Assembly (NCBI GenBank): GCA_951406725.2
Contig: OX597815.1
Span: 105,710,001-105,774,000, forward strand
DNA: 64,000 bases
DNA from: Octopus vulgaris
Taxonomy: Eukaryota
Direction of reading: 5' to 3'
Shown piece by piece: positions 25,298-38,441 of this stretch. Within the stretch, counting starts at the first letter, position 1; the number at the start of each line of letters is the position of its first letter. Both the position numbers and the translations under genes were made by a program. Under the pieces are notes generated by a model that saw only the letters and a list, made by a program, of their open reading frames with translations, was not told the DNA's origin and did no database searches.

Positions 25298-28235
25298 TCA
25301 TAGTGTAGTTATAGATACATTATGTCTGAATAAAATTAAAATATTCCCAGTAGGAACATCTTTTATTATTAATTCTACTGGATTAGAGCTGACCTTGGGC
25401 TAAACAATAATAAGAAAAGACTCATTAGATAATATAGTCCTTGATACATTACTTGAATATAAAGGCAGGATAGTCATAAATAGAATATCATTGATCTGGT
25501 GGACAAGGACTGATCTTAAGCTCAAGAACAACAATAATGAAAGATACTTTACATAATACAGAGGTGAATAAACAAAAAAAATCACTGTTATGTTTGAGTA
25601 GCTTCTCATCATAGGTCTGCTGAATCAGGACTATCCTGAAATTAAGCAATAAGAAAGTAAGAATTATAATTGTTTTGTTTATGATGGACAAGTAAGTAAT
25701 CTCACCTAAATAATCATGTAAAAATACTGTTTTATGCTATTTGGATTTACTTTTACCTAATAGGACAACCTTGTCCTATTTAATCTCTTAAATAAGCCTG
25801 TGTCTCCAAGTCAAGTAAAATAATTTAATAATTAGGGACACTTGTTGGTGTTAGGAAGGGCATCCAGCTGTAGAAACTTTGCCAGATCAGATTGGGGCCT
25901 TCTGGCTTGTCAGCCCTCAGTCAAACTCTCCAACCTATGCCAGCATGGAAAGTGGACATTAAATGATGATGATGATGCTGACTGCCCACTGTCTCTTCAA
26001 AATAAGGTTGATGCACTTAATGTTTAATTTTGAACTTCTGAGAGTTGATTACTCTAAGACAAATAGGAACTAAGAGGATGCACCAAAGAGTTTTAGTTAT
26101 CTGAAGAAAGAAATGGAGAATATTGTGCTTAGGGTTTGGTTTTGGGAAATTAAATACAGTAGGGATGAAGAGAGGAGTTGGATGAATAAGGAGGGACTTG
26201 GACATTGCTGGTAAAGTTTTCTACCTTATCGGTGAACAAAAACTATTTTAGTAGCAATAGAAGAGACAAAAGGACACAGAATGTTGGCAGGTTAGTCATT
26301 ACCAGTTCACTAATCAATGAGATAACTTTTTAAATGCATATCAATCACTTAAGTATTTTTTTCCTGCTTCCTCAGCAAATCCTAAAATATTATTATTACC
26401 ATTTGGCTATAGTATTATCATCATCATTACTCTGTAGCTGTAATCATACTAGCATCATCAAGAACATAATCATATAGCATCATCATAACATGTGGTTGTA
26501 GTAGTAGTATTATCATCACAAACATCTCCATGTAGTTGCAGTAATAGTTTTATCATCATCATTATTACCACATTTATTTTTCAATCTATATTCTGTCAAC
26601 TTGAGTAGGATCTTACCCTCTCTGCTCTATCTAGTACTCTGTTCAGAATTTCTGAATGTTCTCAGTCCTTTCTGCTTGTGTGCAGAGAGAGCAGTCTGCT
26701 TCACCATAATGCTCTGTTATTCATATTTACAACATAATTATTATATTAACATCACTCGCTACATAAATCAAAACTGTAAAAATATATCAGACATTTATGG
26801 ATTTCATATTTGCTCTTGCCTGATACAATTTGCCAATCAGCCAGCTAGCCAGCTAGTCAACCTATAAAGCATTTCATGCTAGTGTGGAGAAATGGATGCT
26901 GAAACTATTATTATCATTATTGTTGTTAATAATAATAATGATAAGAAGAAGAAGAAGAATTTTTCTAAAATATCTCATTGTTCAAAATGATAATAATAAT
27001 AACAATAATATTTTTACTTGCCACAAGTCCTACAAATGAGAGGACATTACAAAAGCAAATTATCAAGTGATGGGGTTTTTGCAGAATCATCTGACCCATG
27101 CAAGCATGGAAAAATATATATTACCATGATGATATTGAATTATGGCTTAAAAAAAGAAACAACAATACAACATAGAATTATCATCATTCCACATCCACTT
27201 TCCATGCAAGCATTGATTGAACAGGTCATTACAGTCCAAACCATTTCTTACTTGGAATTACTCTTCTCCTAGCTGGGCCTGGGGAGAATATTCTGCTGAT
27301 TCATTTTATTTTAGCATGGTTTCTATGACTGGTTACTTTTCTTGAAGCTAACCATTTTACAGAGTATATTGTTTATTGTGTAATTTGTTGTGACCCTAGC
27401 ATTAGATAATTTATCATGTTCTCAACAAGACAAGAGTAAAGGGACTGCTCAAATCTACATTGTCACCACTTATTCACCTACCACTTTATAGAATATACTG
27501 GGTGTATTTTATTACGGCACCAGCATTAGTGAAGTTGCCTTATATGCTGCAAAACAAAAAAATTCTCACTTCTGTATGTTGTCTCCATTTCTTTGGAGCT
27601 ACATGACCTGTAAAGAAGAGCAGAGGGTAATTATAGAAGATGAACTTGGATGAGAGGGAGAACTAAACATGTGTATGCTAAGAGAGGTAGAACAACTGGG
27701 TAACAGTGCAGAAGAGGAAAGAGAAATGGGGGCAACACAGAGCTAGGAAGAGTAATGGAGGAGAGAGAGAGTAATAGCAGAGGGTGTTGGGAGTGAGACA
27801 TGTTTGGGTGGCTGCATGTTTACTATAAAAGAAAGAGAGTGATGGATAGTCATAGAAATTGTTAACTATAAGATACTGTGATGGATGTCATTAAGGATTG
27901 AATTGTAGAGAGAGGGAATGGTGGCAAACAGTATAGAAGGGTAATGTTATCTGGTAAGAGAGAGAGCATAGGAAAAGAATAATCAAGGTGGTAATTTTAT
28001 GAGAGTGTTGGAAGTCAGTAAAATTGTGACACGAGGAAGGATATTGACAGAAGTGACTAAATGGAATGGGTATATGGGATACTAAAAATTTCAATGCAAT
28101 CTCTTGTTACTCAGATATCAATAGCAAAGAGACACTAATGGCAGTCACATATTTGCTGATAAAAGAAAAAGAGAGTAAGTAATGGCTAGAAAAGGAATGA
28201 AATAAGATACCCCATCAATCAGTTTAACACCACTA

Positions 28236-28608
28236 CTCTTTTGTTTCAGTCATTTGACTGTGGCCATGCTGGAGCACTGCCTTTAGTTGAGCAAATTGAC
28301 CCTAGGACTTATTCTTTGTGAGCCTAGTACTTATTCTATCGGTCTCTTTTGCCAAACTGCTAAGTTATGGGGACATAAACACACTACCATCATTTGTCAA
28401 GTGATGTTGGGGGGACAAACACAGACACACAAACATAAACATGCACATACATATATACAATGGGCTTCTTTCAGTTTCCGTCTACCAAATCCACTCACAA
28501 GGCTTTGGTCAGCTTGAGGCTATAGTAGAAGACAGTTGCCCAAGGTTCTACACAGTGGGAATGAACCCGGTAAGCAAGCTACTTACCACACAGCCACTCC
28601 TGTGCCTA
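28236..28608 (-). repeat. tRNA-derived SINE family A
   Basis: Reverse complement of the 7804-8207 type (gtttcagtcatttgactgtggccatgctgg...cttaccacacagccac). Confidence 0.8.
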
Positions 28609-29721
28609 TACTTAGTAACTTGGGTATGCTTAGTAGAATCTAGTCTGTTGGAAACATTTGAATCTAGTCTGTTGGAAACATTTGAACCAAGTTTCAGATT
28701 GGAGACCCTATAATGGATCATGATCACTGTCTCCCATCCTGACTAAAAAATTTTTAATTGGAGGCAGCCACCCAAGGTAATTAAGGATTCTCCCAGATCC
28801 AAGATTTCTCTGACTACTGAGGATAAATACCCTCTCTTAGTTGTTATTCCCTTGCCTCCAGGTACATACCGAAAGTAGACTTATTCAGTTCATTTTTGTT
28901 ATTTCTTAACTACCTTGTAGCAGCTTCACTAAAGAGCAGTACCTCCCACATCGCCCTTCCTTCTTTCTTCAAGTGGAACTTGAAGTTGATGAAGGCTTAT
29001 CTGAAAGGAAAAGATGTTTTGATCTTCACTCTTGAAAATCTCTTTTGCCATGGCTGCCAGGCAATGAAAACTATTTTGCCTTTCTCAACCAAAAAGTGAC
29101 AGGAGAGTGATCATCATGGTGCAATTGGTTGGGCTGATAAAAGAGTTCCATCTTGCATGAGACAAATGTTTAACATTAATGCACAAGTTATTAATGCATG
29201 TCCTTGTTTCTTTAGTCATTTTTGCTATGAGTAGATTTTTGTTGTTAGATTAGTTGCTGTGATTGTGGATTTAGTTCTTGTTTTTATTTCATTTTTTTTG
29301 TCAGTAATGATGGTGGTGGTGGGAGATGGTTAGCAGGTTATGATATCATTGGTTTTCTTCTTCCTCTTCTATCATAAATTTTTGTCATTGCTTCTTCTTG
29401 TCTTCATTGTTTGGTGAAGTTTTTAAAGGCAAAAATGCCAGAGGAGGAAAATGGAATAGTATGTATGCATATGTATTTGTGTCCATTCATTTTCATCTGT
29501 ATTGATTATGGTGTTTGTACTGTACGTATCTATTTTTTCAGGTGCAAAGGACACTCACCTGCTATCTTTTGTTGGTGATGACATTGGTATAACCAGTTTC
29601 TCATTATGTAGCTGCTTGGGGGTGTTACTGCAGTTGTTGTTACTATTGCTGGCATTGCTGTTACTGTCTTTAATACTGTTGTCATGTTTGCACTATCAGC
29701 AGCATTATGGATTCATATTGT

Positions 29722-29864
29722 TTTGATGTGCAGGGGGCTCTCAAATGCTTAATGCTTCCACATATGTGACACCTGTACCTTCTATCCTTCACTATAATGT
29801 AAAGTTGGGTGCTGTTTGGAAGATCTATTGTTTTGGGAATCTTGTCCAAGTTTTCCAGTTGTAC
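29722..29864 (-). pseudogene. gag-like ORF1 remnant with CCHC zinc knuckle (L1/Tx1-type LINE)
   Basis: Minus strand reads VQLENLDKIPKTIDLPNSTQLYIIVKDRRYRCHICGSIKHLRAPCTS, which contains C-x2-C-x4-H-x4-C. Decayed flanks extend over roughly 29500-30350. Confidence 0.6.
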
Positions 29865-30699
29865 TTAGATCAAGACTTCCATGTCTGTTTTGGGACAGGT
29901 CTCATGACAGTGCCTCTTCATATTCACTAGTGTATCTAGTCCTTTTGGAACAGTGCATTCTATCTGCTACCAGGTGTTAATTCTGTTGGCAAATCCAACA
30001 CCTCAACCTTTACCATTTTCTAGTCCATATGTGTCCAATGATGGTAAATTCATCACTGAGCAGTGCTTTTGACTCTTGAAAAAGATCCAGCCTTTGTAGC
30101 ACTCTTTACTGTAGCAGTTATTTCATATTACTGCTGGAGCCAGTTAGCAAAATAGATGCTGTAGTTGTGGCATTTTTGGTGATGGATACAATTGTTTTTT
30201 TGTTTTTTTTGCTCATTTTAGCCTCCATAATATCCCTCATTGAGATTGTTCATTTGTTGTTACTGATGATAGAGATGGTGGTGAGAGGTAATAGTGAAGG
30301 TGCTACAGAATTTGGTATTGTTGCAAACACTATCAGGAACAACTACTGTTGATTATCTCTCACACTGTATAAGGTTTTCCTTTTTGATCTTGAACTAAAT
30401 GGGGTATTTCTTTTTTTTTTAGTGCAAAGCAGAGTTTTCTCCTTTGCTTTTCTCTATAACTCTTCTCCCATCATCCTTTCTATGTAGATACACAATACTA
30501 GTTTATAAAATATATTATTTCAAAGACATTTTTGTTATAGCATTAGCAATATCACTTGTGGGGCTGGTAAATTGAATGAACAGTCCCCTCTTTTTATGAT
30601 CACATCAGCAACAAAATACGTAATGACAATGTATAATAAGAAATGCTAAATAGACTAATAATATAAAATTCTTTATAAACACTCACCATAATGTCAGAT

Positions 30700-31850
30700 G
30701 TGACTTGTACTGATAAGATATTTGGAGATAACCTTGACAGAATTTGAATTCAGAATGTAAATGAACATGACATATATCACAAGATATAATATCTATAAGA
30801 AAGACAGCTTGCCTTTTACAAGACAGTATAAAATATGAAAGACAAACAGTCTACAATGAGAAGACAGTATAAGATATCTAAGACAGTATAGAATCAGGAG
30901 ATATGCAAGAAAACCTATAGTTTCTTACATATACAATATGTCAAACACAGAATGATAAGACAGTATAAGTTATGTAAGGCAACTTCCAATTATAAGATAA
31001 TATATATATAAGAAAAACAACTTGGAGTGATAAGGAATATAAGATATTTTAAGAAGACAAATAATAGTGATAATGCAATATATGTAAGACAACTAACAGT
31101 AGCAAAACACTATAAGGTGTAAAAGAAAAACAACTCATAGTAACATGACAGTATATGTATGAATGTCAGTTATGTAAGACAACTTACAGTGACATTAAAG
31201 ACAGACAATCTACAGTGACAAGACAGTATATGAATGTAAGAAAGATAATGACAATATAGTAGATGTAAGAATGACAACCTACAATGATAAGACAGTATAA
31301 GTAAGATGACCTATTGTGCCAAGACAGTATAAGATGTGTCAGAAAAACAATGACAATATAATATAATATAAGACAAACATCTACAGTGATAAGACAATTC
31401 CAAATATGTAAGACAGACTACATACAGTCACAAATCAGAATAATCTGCAATAGCATTACAATATAAGTTAAGAAAAGCAACTTACATTCACAAAACAGTT
31501 TGTAATAGGTAAGACAGGCAGTTTTCAGTGATAAGACAGTATAGGATATATAAGAAAGACACCTTACGGTGACAAATCAGTATAGTTAAAACATATAACT
31601 TACAAAGTGAAGTTCAAGAAAATAGAAAAACCTACAGTAATCAGATAGTATAAAATATGAAAAATAAATCAGTGGCAAAACAGTATACACTATGTCAGGC
31701 AAGCGGAATAGTATATGATATAACTGTATGTGTCAGACAACCATGACAGTATAAGGTAACATGACAATATATGTAAGAAAGAAAACTTAGAGTGATTAGG
31801 TAGTATAAAACATGTAAGATAGTCAACTTACAGTAACAAGAAAGAAAAAG
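30700..31850 (+). repeat. Degenerate minisatellite, 30-42 bp unit (core aagacagtataagatatgtaagac...tacagtgat)
   Basis: aagacagtata and tacagtga motifs recur throughout the interval with variable spacing. Confidence 0.75.
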
Positions 31851-32639
31851 AAAGACAGATTCCTGAATGTTTAGAGATATCAGAAAATGAATACAAATGG
31901 ATGAGTAAATTTGGAATTGCAAGGAAGAGGTGTCAAACAAAATTACTATCATTATAAGAGGAATAGAAAAGGGCAGGTTAATCATTATTATTAGAAGACG
32001 TGAATAAACATTAAATAAATGTCAGAAAAATAGTTAATAAAGAAAATCATGATTGAATCATCATCATCATCATCATCATCACCACCACCATTATCATCAC
32101 TGTTATTTGCATCTTTATTTTTCTGCAACCAGGTATTTTCAACAGTTATTTGACATTTAGGTCTGGCATCTTGCATTGTTGACCCATTTACATTGAATAT
32201 TACTGTGTTGTGTTGCAAAAACACTCTCTTGACTATCGAAGGATCTGCTTCTTCAATATTCCACCACAACCCTTTCCCCCACTCTGTTTTTGCAATTCAC
32301 ATGTTCAATTTTGTTTTTCTCTACAATTACTTCATGCAATGTCATTTTGCTATGATTATTCTAGATTCTTTCATATGAAATCTGGTATCTGCCATCTCAA
32401 TTATGTTATCAATCAAAAAATCAGAAAAAAAACTTGATTACAGTTATTTATTAATCAAACTTCTCAAAGCCACATAATAAACTTGACTGTTTAATTGTTT
32501 ATGTTCTATGTGCAATCAGTATTTTTATTTAGTTCCTTCCAACTAAATTTAGTAATAGTAGTAGTGATAGTAGTAGTTTCAGTAATTACCCATCATACCT
32601 AAAAATACCATCAATTCTATGTTGAGGTTATCTATCTGT

Positions 32640-32980
32640 TAGTATGTGAGTGTATCAGCATCTGACTCTGTGTGTGTATGTGTTGGCATGCCTGTATATT
32701 TCTTTGTGTGTTCGTATGTTTAACTGTGTGTCTGTATGTGAATTTGATTGTATGTCTCTGTGTATCTGATTGGCTCTCTCTGTGTTTATTTGTGTATGTT
32801 TGCATTTCTGTCTGTCTGTCTGTATTTGTTTGTTTGATAATTTCTGTGTGTGTGTCTGTCTGTCTTTGTTTGCTTCTCTATATGTCTTCTTGTATGCTTG
32901 TCTGTGTGTCTGTCTGTCTGTCTGTGTCTATCTATTTGTCTGTCTTTATGTGTGTGTGTGTGTGCACCTGTCTATCTGTC
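32640..32980 (+). repeat. (TG)n/(TGTC)n low-complexity tract
   Basis: Seen directly. It explains the C/V/L-rich ORFs here. Confidence 0.85.
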
Positions 32981-33184
32981 TTCAAAGGATCCAACCATTA
33001 CAGTACTCCATCAATTCTATGCTAACTGTCCCTGGCAAAACCTGTGCTCCTCATTTATAACAAAAACAGTTAGTGGGTGACTGAAACCATCCTCTAAGGC
33101 AGGTTCTTCCACATCCTACACAGAACCAAAATATCCCAAAGTGGGTGATTTGTTTCTGTGCTGTAGAAGTTCAGGCTAAGAATA

Positions 33185-33805
33185 TATTAATGCATGTACA
33201 GCCCTTATTAACCATTCGTCAATCCCTAGTTTCTGCATCGTCCACCAGGTAAGTGATCGGTAGACCCTACCAAAAGCTTTCTCCAAGTCCACAAATCCAA
33301 GTATAGGAGTTTATCTTTGGCTAGGTATTTCTCCTGCAGTTAATATACCAGGAATATAGCATCAGTGATGCTTCTAACTGGCACAAACAGAATTGCATCT
33401 CGTCTAAGCAGACTCTCTCCCTAATTAGTTGGGCTATGACCCTTTCTGTGACTTTCACCACCTGATCCAGCACTTTGATACCCCTGTAGTTATTTCTATC
33501 TAAAGCATCGCCTTTCCCCTTGTAGCAGTTGACTATGGTGCTGCTACGCCAGTCTTTAGGTATGACTCCTTGATGAACTACCTGGCTTACAATACAGGTG
33601 ACTAAGCCATAACCCACACCACCAGATATTTTAAGCATCTCAGCAGCAATTCCTGATGGGCCTGACTTCATACCCTTAATTGCTTTATCTACCAGAGTGC
33701 TGTCTATTCAGATAGCTGGTCCCTCTACTGGCTCAACATTTGGCAGGCTCTCCTACTCCTGTTCATTCTCCACATTCAGCAGTCTTTCATAATGGCTTCT
33801 CCATA
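33185..33805 (-). mobile_element. RTE LINE fragment (RT N-terminal half)
   Basis: ORF 33321-33671 (GPSGIAAEMLK...NNYRGIKVLDQVVKVTERV) is homologous to 39768-40526. Confidence 0.9.
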
Positions 33806-33809
33806 ATGG

Positions 33810-34325
33810 GTTAGGCTGAGGGTGAGGGTAGAGGTGGGGTTATGTGGGAGTGGGTGTAAGGGGTGAGGTGGGATGGGACAGATAGTGAAGGTGGGGTTGG
33901 ATTGTGTAGAAGCAGGGTTACAAGGGAGGGGTGACGATGAAGGGAGAAGGTGGGTAGGGGTGAAGAGAAGTAGGAGTCGGAGCCAGAGAGGAGAGGTGGG
34001 TGGGAAAAAATAGGTGTGAGAGGAAGAGAGAAGTTGGGTGGAGGGTTATATAAAGAGGGGAGGAGAGTTGAGCCCATGTGGCACAAAGGAGCAAAGAGAG
34101 AAGATTAATCCCTGTTCACAGCGAAGATGGTAGTCCGGATGGCCCCTGTGCAAGAACAATCCAAACACAGACAAGTGTTGCAAAGAGTGACTGGTAGAGT
34201 GGAAATGGCACAAGACCAAGGTGTCATTGCCGAGTCGGATGTTTTGGAGGTGTTCGGCGAACCGGTCAGCCAAGCGGTGTCCTGGTTGCCCTATGTATAG
34301 AGAAGGGCAAAAGGAGCAGGAGATA
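33810..34325 (-). mobile_element. Penelope-like element 3' end: GIY-YIG endonuclease plus C-rich downstream region
   Basis: Minus strand reads ISCSFCPSLYIGQPGHRLADRFAEHLQNIR...HFHSTSHS...EQGLIFSLCSFVPHGLN, with the YIG, R-F-x-EH and P-x-GLN motifs. Confidence 0.85.
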
Positions 34326-34337
34326 TATGTATATATA

Positions 34338-34396
<59 letters not shown>

Positions 34397-35251
34397 GTAT
34401 ACATATATATAAATTTAAGTTTCAGTAAATGGATTCAAGTAATCCAGTAGAACTCATTTAAAAAGCGCTTTAATATATCTTTCTACAAAACATATAGAAT
34501 ATATAGTATAATACAACAGAAAATGATAAGGAGTATATAAAGTCGTAAATGACAGAGATATAGTTTGATGAAATTTTATTTAACAATAAGAAAATTCTAA
34601 TATCACAACAAAATGTTTCGTAACTTAAAAGCATGTAAATAATTTATATTATTATATTTTCTTATTGTTAAATAAAATTCCATCAAAATATTCCTCTGTC
34701 ATTTATGACTTTATATATTTGTATCTGTACATATATACATAGATGGATGCATATAGAGATTACTATAAAGTGGCTTCCTGCACCAGAAGGATAAGATTGA
34801 TAAAACATATATAAATATCTACATAAATATGTATGTGTATGTGCGTTTGGTGGTTGTAAATAATGACTTTGCTGCTCTATGTCTCCACAAGCAGTCTTTG
34901 TAAACAAAATGCTAATGTGTTTCTAGTTCTCCACATAACCATGACTGGGCTGTATTGTTGTTGAATTGACTGAGAGATTATTACCTTGGTTAGAAATAGG
35001 TTGGGTTTGGCTTTGAGGTACAATCTTCATATTTCATAACAGTGATATTTCATATTGAGGAGGGTGTCCAGCTATAGGTAATTCTGCTCCAGCCATACAC
35101 TCATCTAACCCATGCCAGCATGGAAAAGTAAATGTTAAAACAATGGTAATAAATGTATATTTATTCCCCTTCCCTCTCTCCACTTTCTCTCTCTATTCTC
35201 ATTTAATTTTTCATTTTATTTTCTTTGCCATTTTCTTCTTACCAAACCCAG

Positions 35252-35331
35252 AGAATGCTTTACAGAGCCGGAGGAAATGGAATAACCTTGTCACAGAAAA
35301 GCTAGAATTGACAACAAAAATGAACTATGAA
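35252..35331 (+). CDS. CCDC171: CCDC171-like exon (ENALQSRRKWNNLVTEKLELTTKMNYE)
   Basis: Long polypyrimidine tract, ccAG acceptor at 35250-51 and GTAAGC donor at 35332. Phase 1 in, phase 0 out. EKLELTTKMNYE resembles the vertebrate CCDC171 N-terminal segment EKLEITTKHNAE as I recall it. Confidence 0.75.
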
Positions 35332-35579
35332 GTAAGCATTTTATAAATTACTTCCCTACTTCTGTCAATTTTTCTCTATCTGAATAATTCTATCTTTGTT
35401 TACTGCCTTTATTTCTTGGAGAATTATTGATTTCCTTTTTTCTCTCTCCATTCTTTCTTTCTGTTCTTAATTATGTACCTATATATTTGTGAGTGTGTAT
35501 GTTTGTGTATATATATAAATATATTTCTATATGTATGTTAATATGTGTGTGCATATGGCATCCAATTGGCATGTTAGAC

Positions 35580-35930
35580 ACATCATTATCATCATCATTG
35601 TTGTTTAACGTCCGTTTTCCATGCTAGCATGGATTGGACAATTTGACTGAGGACTGGCAAACCAGATGGCTGCGCCAGGCTCCAATCTTGATCTGGCAGA
35701 GTTTCTACAGCTGGATGCCCTTCCTAATGCCAACCACTCTGAGCGTGTAGTGATTGCTTTTATGTGTCATCGGTATGGGGGCCAGTCAGGCGGTACTGGC
35801 AATGACCTCGCTCGAATGTTTTTTCACATGCCACCGGCACAAGTTCCAGTAAGGCAACACTGGTAACGATCACACTCAAATGGTGCCTTTTACGTGCCAC
35901 CAGTACAGAAGCCAGTTAGTTGCTCTGCCA
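35580..35930 (-). mobile_element. RTE 3' UTR fragment
   Basis: Reverse complement of the 24995-25297 type, with a (CAT)n tail. Confidence 0.85.
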
Positions 35931-36337
35931 AGTACCAGTCTTGGGTGGTGGATTGGTAGAATGATATAGCATCAAATAAGATGCCTTGTAACATGTTTTT
36001 CAGCTCCGTGCATCCTAAGTTCGAAATCCATTATCTGTAATTAGAAAGCTTCAGCACATTGAAGCCCAGTAAAAATGAAGCAGGAATGACTCAAGAAATC
36101 CTTAAGGAAGTGCACCCAGATCACTTCCATGCTATGTGCACTCAAATAAATATTTAAAAAATCAGTGTGTGTGTGTGTTGTGGAAATTTAAACAAATGTG
36201 AATATATTTTGTTATTCTCTTTGTACACAGTAAAATAAAGGAAATACAAAGCATCCTTCTTCTGCTCACTATGAAAGGCTAAAAAACTCTATTTTTAACT
36301 ACTTTAAATTCTTCTTTGGTTTTCTAATACTAACTGT

Positions 36338-37304
36338 TCATCATCATCATCATCATCATCATCAAAATCATTGTTTAACGTCCATTTTCCATGCTGGTAT
36401 GGGTTGGGCAGTTTGACTGAGGTCTGGAGAGCCAGCGGCTGCACCAGGCTCCAATCTGATCTGACAATGTTTCTACAGCTGGATGCCCTTCCTAACACCA
36501 ACCACTCTGAGAGTGTAGTGGGTGCTTTTTACGTTCCACTGGCACAGGAGCCAATCAGTGGGTACTGGCATAGCCACGTTCAGATGGTGCCTTTTACGTC
36601 CCACTGGCACGAGAGCAAGTCAGGTGGCTCTGGCATCGATCACATTCAGATAATGCTTTTTGCATGCTACCAGCACAGCAGTCAGTCAGGGCGGTACTGG
36701 CATTGGCCATGTTCAGATGATGCATTTTAAGTGCCACCGGACCAGAAACCAGTCAGGGGGCACTGGCCACAACTCCGATTTTGGTTTTACTTGACTCAAC
36801 AGGTCTTCTCAAGCATATCATATCGCCCAATGAATCAAGGGTTCTCTTAAATGGGCCGGACTTGCAACACTTGCATCAGCCATGGCTGCGATCATATCTT
36901 TAAAGGTCTCAGTCCCTTGTTATTGCCTCTGTGAGACTCAATGTTCGAAGGTCATGCTTCACCACTTCATCCCATGTCTTCCTGGGTCTACCTCTTCCAC
37001 AGGTTCCTTCCACAGTTATGGTGTAGCACTTCATCCAGCTGTTCTCATCCATGTGTAACACATGACCATACCAGTACTGTCATCTCTCTTGCTCACCACA
37101 TTTGATGCTTCTTATGTCCAACTTTTCTCTCAGGGTGCTCACACTCTGCTGCGTATGCACACTGACATTACACATCCAGCAGATCATACTAACTTCATTT
37201 TTTGCAAGCCTACGCATGTCTTGAGCAGTCATGGCCCATGTTCGCACACATGCATCATACAGTTTACCTTTAATCCTAAGTGAGAGGCCCTTAGTTGCCA
37301 GCAG
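36338..37304 (-). mobile_element. RTE LINE 3' fragment with expanded 3' UTR repeats
   Basis: (CAT)n tail, four to five ggtgcttttt...ccactggcac units, and RT C-terminal coding remnant at 36900-37304. Confidence 0.9.
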
Positions 37305-37621
37305 AAATATTTACTAATTATTTAATCTTATCACCAATAAGAGCATTGATTGCAAATTAGCATAGCCGAACGATGTCCGAGATGCTGAGCTAAGACTATT
37401 TCTTTCTTCTATCTCATTTTCCCATTCTTGGTTTCATTTCACCATTAATACCTTAAATATTTAATTACTAATCAGCTTGTATGTTTCTTTTTTCAACCAA
37501 GTGCTAATTATCGGCAATGCCCCCCACCAGATAAAATTAATTTCTAGAATTTCGTTAAGTAAATTACTCATTCCCCCACTGTTTAATTCCACTTCTGTTA
37601 GAATATCGTCCCAAAGCAAAC

Positions 37622-37860
37622 TTGCTTGTTCGCGGCGCGCCCGCTCTTGACCCCACCATTGTTCGCGGCGCGCCCGTCATTGACCCCCCCCACTGTTCAC
37701 AGCGCACCCGTCCTTGCCCCCCACCCCTGTTCACGGTGCACGCGCCCTTGCCCACCCTCTCCACCAGTACTGGATATCCCTTCTCCACCAGTACTGGATA
37801 TCCCTTCTCCACCTGTACCGGATATCCCTTCTCCACCTGTACCGGATATCCCTTCTCCCA
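37622..37860 (+). repeat. GC-rich tandem arrays: about 33-bp unit x4, then 24-bp unit x4
   Basis: tgttcgcggcgcgcccg...ttgacccc repeated four times, then ctccacc(a/t)gtac(t/c)ggatatccctt repeated four times. Confidence 0.85.
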
Positions 37861-38441
37861 CCACTATAACAGTTGTCTATTCTCATACATGCTTCATGGG
37901 CTCTCTTATGTTCTCCTTTGTCCAGAAATTTGTTACCACCTCCAAAGTTATCTCTTTCAGAATTCCTCCTTCAATGGTGCTGCTCCCTATATTCCTGCAC
38001 TCTATTCTCCCTCTATTCCCCTCCCCTTCTCTTCCTTTATCTCTTTCCTCTCCTTATCTTCCTCCCCTGGCCTTATGTAGTGAAGTGGGGCAGAAAGCCA
38101 TTGGCTGCCATGTGTACCTATTTCTGAGTGTGGGTGTGCTTGTGTATATATAGGAATGACCTTTTTTTTTTATCTGAACCTTCCTCATTGGTGGTACCCT
38201 CCTTTATCCCTGCAATCCCCCTCTACCCACGCAATGCAACATTTTCAGCCGACACCCTCGTAACCTAACATTGGAGTATCCATTTGCCAATCTGCTACCC
38301 TGCATGTATCTGCATCGCTCATGACACTAATACTTATGCTACTAACACCAGCTCCTACCACCGGTAGGGGCAACGTCCTTAACATGCTTGAATGTTGTCA
38401 GGTTGGAAGAGAGGTAGAAAGAAAAAGAGAAAGGATTAAGC

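Noticed and set aside
32672-33080. Cys/Val-rich ORFs, and poly-His/Thr/Leu ORFs at 50301-50613, 52996-53726 and 58120-58515
   Set aside because: They are translations of microsatellites and low-complexity tracts.
36520-36780. Repeat-spacer-like periodicity resembling a CRISPR array (also at 2160-2350 and 30700-31850)
   Set aside because: The 'spacers' are homologous to each other, the units are part of the RTE 3' UTR or a minisatellite, there are no cas genes, and the DNA is eukaryotic.
38230-38385. Possible HDV-like ribozyme in the RTE 5' region (ccctcgt, ...ggcaac)
   Set aside because: I could not assemble P1, P2 and P3 pairings by eye.
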